Shown: one piece after another, positions 35,018-38,445 of the stretch
How the letters are laid out: every line of letters begins with the position of its first letter
Numbering within the stretch: the stretch's first letter is position 1
Notes under the pieces: model-generated
Databases searched by the model: none
What the model saw: only the letters and a program-made list of their open reading frames with translations
Told to the model about the DNA's origin: nothing
Source of the DNA: a virus
Lineage: Duplodnaviria; Caudoviricetes
IMG/VR virus record: IMGVR_UViG_3300029258_000472
Location: 1-38,445 of that record
DNA length: 38,445 nucleotides
Strand: one strand, 5' to 3'
Position numbers and translations under genes: made by a program

Positions 35018-35344
35018 ATGATCCTCAACCAAAAAATCAAACGCCTTGAAGACGACGCCGATTTAGCTTGGCATGACGGTGACGAAGCAGAAGGTATGCG
35101 CATTGACGCCCTAGTCTTTGAGCTTGGGGCAGAAAACGAGCGCCGATTAGAAGCAGCAAAAACGCGGTTTGAGACCTTCGACGAAGAAGCTAAAGATTCT
35201 GGATTGCTGAATGCTAGCGAAACGAGCGTGAGCATGTCTGGAAACGGACCTACCTTTGGCGCTCTGGGTGATAACGCCCTTCAAATGTGCGAGTTCTGGG
35301 AGCTGGCCGCAGAATCCGCGCAAAACATCGTTGATTTTCGATAA
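35018..35344 (+). CDS. Acidic hypothetical protein (moron-like cassette)
   Basis: GGAG RBS, downstream of its own promoter. Confidence 0.7.
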   Translation: MILNQKIKRLEDDADLAWHDGDEAEGMRIDALVFELGAENERRLEAAKTRFETFDEEAKDSGLLNASETSVSMSGNGPTFGALGDNALQMCEFWELAAESAQNIVDFR

Positions 35345-35384
35345 CAAACACGCCACGGACGGCACCAACCCCGGAGACACGACA

Positions 35385-35549
35385 ATGACCCAACAAGACA
35401 CCATCACCAACTTGGCCGCCATTCACACGCCGCTTGAAATGCTGGCGCTTCTCGAAGATGGCGAAGCACTAGCCCGGCTTGGCATCACCGATCAGGAATT
35501 GGTCGAAGATGCGCACTTTGCAGCACAGGACATTGATAATGACCGATAA
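35385..35549 (+). CDS. Small acidic hypothetical protein (54 aa)
   Basis: CGGAGACACGACA leader before ATG 35385. Confidence 0.6.
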   Translation: MTQQDTITNLAAIHTPLEMLALLEDGEALARLGITDQELVEDAHFAAQDIDNDR

Positions 35550-35709
35550 GCCCAAGAAAAAAGGCGGTCGCCCCCGCCTATACGACGAAAGCATGAGCAA
35601 AGTAACCGTCATGCTAGACGAATCCACGCTGTCCATGCTCAACGCCATCGACAGCAACCGCTCGGCGGCGATTCGTAAGGCAGTGGCGCGTTATTTCTCG
35701 CGCCGCTGA
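35539..35709 (+). CDS. Ribbon-helix-helix regulator with an AT-hook-like GRPR motif
   Basis: 'KKKGGRPR...KVTVMLDESTLSMLNAI..NRSAAIRKAV'. Confidence 0.75.
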   Translation: MTDKPKKKGGRPRLYDESMSKVTVMLDESTLSMLNAIDSNRSAAIRKAVARYFSRR

Positions 35710-35713
35710 ACCG

Positions 35714-35878
35714 TCAAGGAATCCTCTCGGGTTCCTTTCGTTTCCCTTCCCACAACGCTTCGCAGACGGCGTACCGCTGCGGGGCTTGTGGGTACTCCTC
35801 CTGCGTAGTCGGGTTCCGCATACAGCGTGCGATGAACTCGGCTTTGCTCTCACGTCCTCGGGGCTTGGGTAGCGGCAT
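35714..35878 (-). CDS. Small phage protein, 54 aa (not in ORF track)
   Basis: MPLPKPRGRESKAEFIARCMRNPTTQEEYPQAPQRYAVCEALWEGKRKEPERIP. TAATG-coupled to the upstream gene. Confidence 0.75.
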   Translation of the reverse strand: MPLPKPRGRESKAEFIARCMRNPTTQEEYPQAPQRYAVCEALWEGKRKEPERIP

Positions 35879-36102
35879 TATTTCCTCCAGCGTTTCACCC
35901 AGTTATACGCGGTCCTGCGGCTCACACCATAGCGGCGCTGTACCGTGGCTGGCGTGTCATTGGGCTGGATGGTGGGTTGGTGGCGAGCAGGAATATACAC
36001 CGACTCGCCAGCAGCCTGACGGCAGATGTCGTCAGCGATCCTGCGCCCCAGGTCCGCGCCTGCGTGTGCCGTGATGATGTCCGCCAGCTCGGCGAAGGTC
36101 AT
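35878..36102 (-). CDS. Mor/C-like transcription regulator
   Basis: 'ICRQAAGESVYIP' plus HTH 'VQRRYGVSRRTAYNWV'. Confidence 0.7.
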   Translation of the reverse strand: MTFAELADIITAHAGADLGRRIADDICRQAAGESVYIPARHQPTIQPNDTPATVQRRYGVSRRTAYNWVKRWRK

Positions 36103-37949
36103 CGCCGCCAGGACGAAGCATACCCACTACGTCGAGCGGGCTTGGGTCGCTTGATGGGCATCGGTGGTGGCTCGCTGGTCGTCTGTGTGACTTTCTCAGG
36201 CGCTCTCTTCACGCGGTCAGGTCCATACAGCAGCAGTGCCCCGTAAGCGTACACGCGGCAGTCCAGCGCCTCTACATGCGGGTGTATCGGCACCCATCGG
36301 CGCTGCGCTCGGCGTCCCCGCTGATTGACGACTTGCAGGCGCTCACCGGTCAGTTGCAGGTAATACTCTTCGGCACGACCCATAGGGAAATGACAGAAAC
36401 CGACCTTGCCCGGTCTGGCTGCAAGGTGGTGGTAGATGGTCCGCTTGATGGCGTCTACGCCAAGGATTTCGGGTGGCTTGCCGTTGATCGCCCGCTTGGC
36501 CGCTCGTCGATTCTGCTGGCGGATGTCACCCGCTATGGCATCGCGCTCCATGCCCGCTGCACCCTTGATCGGTATCACCCACCGATCCCGGGCACGCTTC
36601 ACGAACTCGTAGACATGCTGCGTGTACGCGCCTGAGTCAACAGCCATCGCGCAAGCCCGCAGGGATCGCCCATCCGGCGTTTCCCAGGTCTGCCGGTACA
36701 AGTCGAGCAGGTCATCCCAGGCTTCGCGCCCGGTAGGCTCACCCGGGATGACTTGGTAATCCAGCGACCAGCTCTCAAGGTTCGCACCCCAGCCAACGAC
36801 CTCCACTTCGATGCGGTCCTGCTGCACGTCCGCGCCAAGGGTGATCGCCAGCACTTCGCTTGGGCAGTCGGCTCCGTAGTCTTCGGCACGCTGGCTGAGT
36901 AGCGAGGGTTCGATCTTCTCGCCTTCACCGTCCCATGGTAGGGCGAACACGGTATTGGTGACGGCTTGCTTTCGGGCGGGATCGTCGCCGGCCTGCACCC
37001 ACTCGGCAAGGGTATCGTCCCACCGAGCAAAGTTGGACGCCCACTGGTTCATGGTAAATCCCACGGTTGATTCGCCAGCGTTCTTGACCTCCACCCATTG
37101 CCCGGTTGATTTCACCAAATCCTCGTCACTCAGGTCATGCGAGTGTCCGCAGTGCTCGCAAGTGTAGGTGATTGGATCAGGCGTGAAGTGTTCCAGACGC
37201 GGGAGTTGAGTTTGACCGCACTTGAGGCACGCCAAGTGCCACTCATGGTGCTGCTCGCATCGGTCATACTCGGCACACACGCCAAGGTCGGCGTAAGTCG
37301 GTGAGGACACGATAAGTTCCTTTGCCGTGCGTCTCGCCCGGTAAGTCTGTAGGCGCTTCCTCGCCAGCAGCAACGGGTCACCTTCTTTCGTGATGTCCCA
37401 GCGGTCAAGCTCATCACACACCAGATAGCGGATAGGGCGGGACGCCAAGCCGGCGGGCGAGTTTGCGCCAGCGATGGTGAGGTGTCCGCCGGGGAAAACC
37501 TTGTGGGTGATAGTGCTCGCGCTGTTCCGTGCCTTGGCTTGGCCTACCTTCTCTGCCAAGGTCGGCGAGTCGCGCAACATGGGCGCGATCCGGTCTTTTG
37601 AAAACGCCTCGCCCATCGGTGTGACGTTCGGCTGAATGGCCAGGATCGGGCCAGGGTCCAGGTCGATGATGTACCCAACGAAGTTCAATATCGCCTCAGT
37701 CTTGCCGGTCTGACTTGACATTTTGCACACAATGCGCTCAGCCGGATGCGCGGGACTGAGATGGCGCATGATCTGTGTCAGATACGGTGCTCGCGCATTC
37801 CGCCAGGGTCCGGCCTCGGCACTGGCCTCCGGGCTCAGGTAGCGGAAACGGTCTGCCCACTCATCAACCGTGAGTTGCGGCGGCGGTCGCCATGCGGCGC
37901 GAACCGAAACGGTCAGTATACGGATCAGCGCCGGATGTTGGTCACTCAT
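36099..37949 (-). CDS. terL: Terminase large subunit, lambda gpA family
   Basis: 'SSQTGKTE', 'LVCDELDRW', 'EGDP', 'SSPT', Zn finger, 'GADVQ', 'VDSG', 'EALDCRVYA'. Confidence 0.96.
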   Translation of the reverse strand: MSDQHPALIRILTVSVRAAWRPPPQLTVDEWADRFRYLSPEASAEAGPWRNARAPYLTQIMRHLSPAHPAERIVCKMSSQTGKTEAILNFVGYIIDLDPGPILAIQPNVTPMGEAFSKDRIAPMLRDSPTLAEKVGQAKARNSASTITHKVFPGGHLTIAGANSPAGLASRPIRYLVCDELDRWDITKEGDPLLLARKRLQTYRARRTAKELIVSSPTYADLGVCAEYDRCEQHHEWHLACLKCGQTQLPRLEHFTPDPITYTCEHCGHSHDLSDEDLVKSTGQWVEVKNAGESTVGFTMNQWASNFARWDDTLAEWVQAGDDPARKQAVTNTVFALPWDGEGEKIEPSLLSQRAEDYGADCPSEVLAITLGADVQQDRIEVEVVGWGANLESWSLDYQVIPGEPTGREAWDDLLDLYRQTWETPDGRSLRACAMAVDSGAYTQHVYEFVKRARDRWVIPIKGAAGMERDAIAGDIRQQNRRAAKRAINGKPPEILGVDAIKRTIYHHLAARPGKVGFCHFPMGRAEEYYLQLTGERLQVVNQRGRRAQRRWVPIHPHVEALDCRVYAYGALLLYGPDRVKRAPEKVTQTTSEPPPMPIKRPKPARRSGYASSWRR

Positions 37950-38376
37950 GCGAGCCGCTAAGCTCCTCCAAGCACTCTATGACCGCTACCTTTATGACCT
38001 TCTCAGCCTCTCGGATCGTCTTGGCTCGCACCATCTCCGGGGCCAGCCTAGACGGTAGGGACATGAGGCGAGACTTCGTGGTGGCGACATAGCCGGTCCA
38101 AGCGGCTTCGACTTGTGAGGCGGGGATGAGTTCGCCTTCCTTCTGCCGGCGCTCCATCTCCACCAACAGGCGGCGCTCGCGGTCGAGCTGCGCCTTCTCC
38201 TGCGATGGGTCCAAGTGCTCGCCATCCTCGCCACGGAGCAGGCGCAGTGCTTCACGTCCGCTGTATAGCTTCCCGTTACGCGGTCCCGGTTTGTGCGGCA
38301 GCTCGCGTAGGCGCTCGGTGATGGTGCGACGATCCATTCCGGTAAGTTGAGACAGAGCTGTAATTGAAAGGTCCAT
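37942..38376 (-). CDS. terS: Terminase small subunit, Nu1-like
   Basis: N-terminal wHTH 'SITALSQLTGMDRRTI', 'EGELIP', 'LMSLPSRLA'. Adjacent to cos. Confidence 0.9.
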   Translation of the reverse strand: MDLSITALSQLTGMDRRTITERLRELPHKPGPRNGKLYSGREALRLLRGEDGEHLDPSQEKAQLDRERRLLVEMERRQKEGELIPASQVEAAWTGYVATTKSRLMSLPSRLAPEMVRAKTIREAEKVIKVAVIECLEELSGSHE

Positions 38377-38377
38377 A

Positions 38378-38445
38378 AATCAATGACTTACAAGTGGAAC
38401 CTAAAAGAAAACTTTAGCTAGTAAAATTGCGGGGTTCCAATTGCC
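38378..38445. promoter_or_regulatory. cosB-like region with IHF box and terminal repeat
   Basis: AATCAATGACTTA at 38378-38390 matches the IHF consensus. AT-rich. GCGGG at 38429-38433 precedes the repeated GTTCCAATTGCC. Confidence 0.75.

Overview
The window is an apparently complete ~38.4 kb cos-type tailed (siphovirus-like) phage genome. Its host is probably a proteobacterium, inferred from the dnaN homologue and the IHF sites. It is opened at the cos site: a 12-nt terminal repeat with a dyad, a lambda cosQ heptamer and two perfect IHF boxes. The minus strand from 38376 to 17724 holds the packaging and morphogenesis genes: Nu1/gpA-like terminase, lambda-type portal, fused protease-capsid, tail tube, short tape measure, tail proteins, a PKD+LRR adhesin, holin, fibre, HNH and M15 endolysin. 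From 1 to 17.7 kb lie the replication and metabolism genes: Prim-Pol/VapE primase-helicase next to an iteron cluster, two SNF2-like helicases, DNA MTase, DUF2800 nuclease, DUF2815 SSB, family B polymerase, beta clamp, a frameshifted ThyX-like gene and MazG. No integrase or CI-type repressor was recognised. The outstanding feature is at 12384-14005. A stand-alone RAMP/Cas7-like gene is followed immediately by a ~535-nt non-coding array of 71 in-phase GCA-NN pentamers in three tracts, separated by conserved, covarying hairpin linkers, and then by a candidate accessory gene. This looks like a non-CRISPR RNA-guided system in which the variable NN dinucleotides form a gapped guide. All protein calls are by motif recognition from memory; no searches were run.
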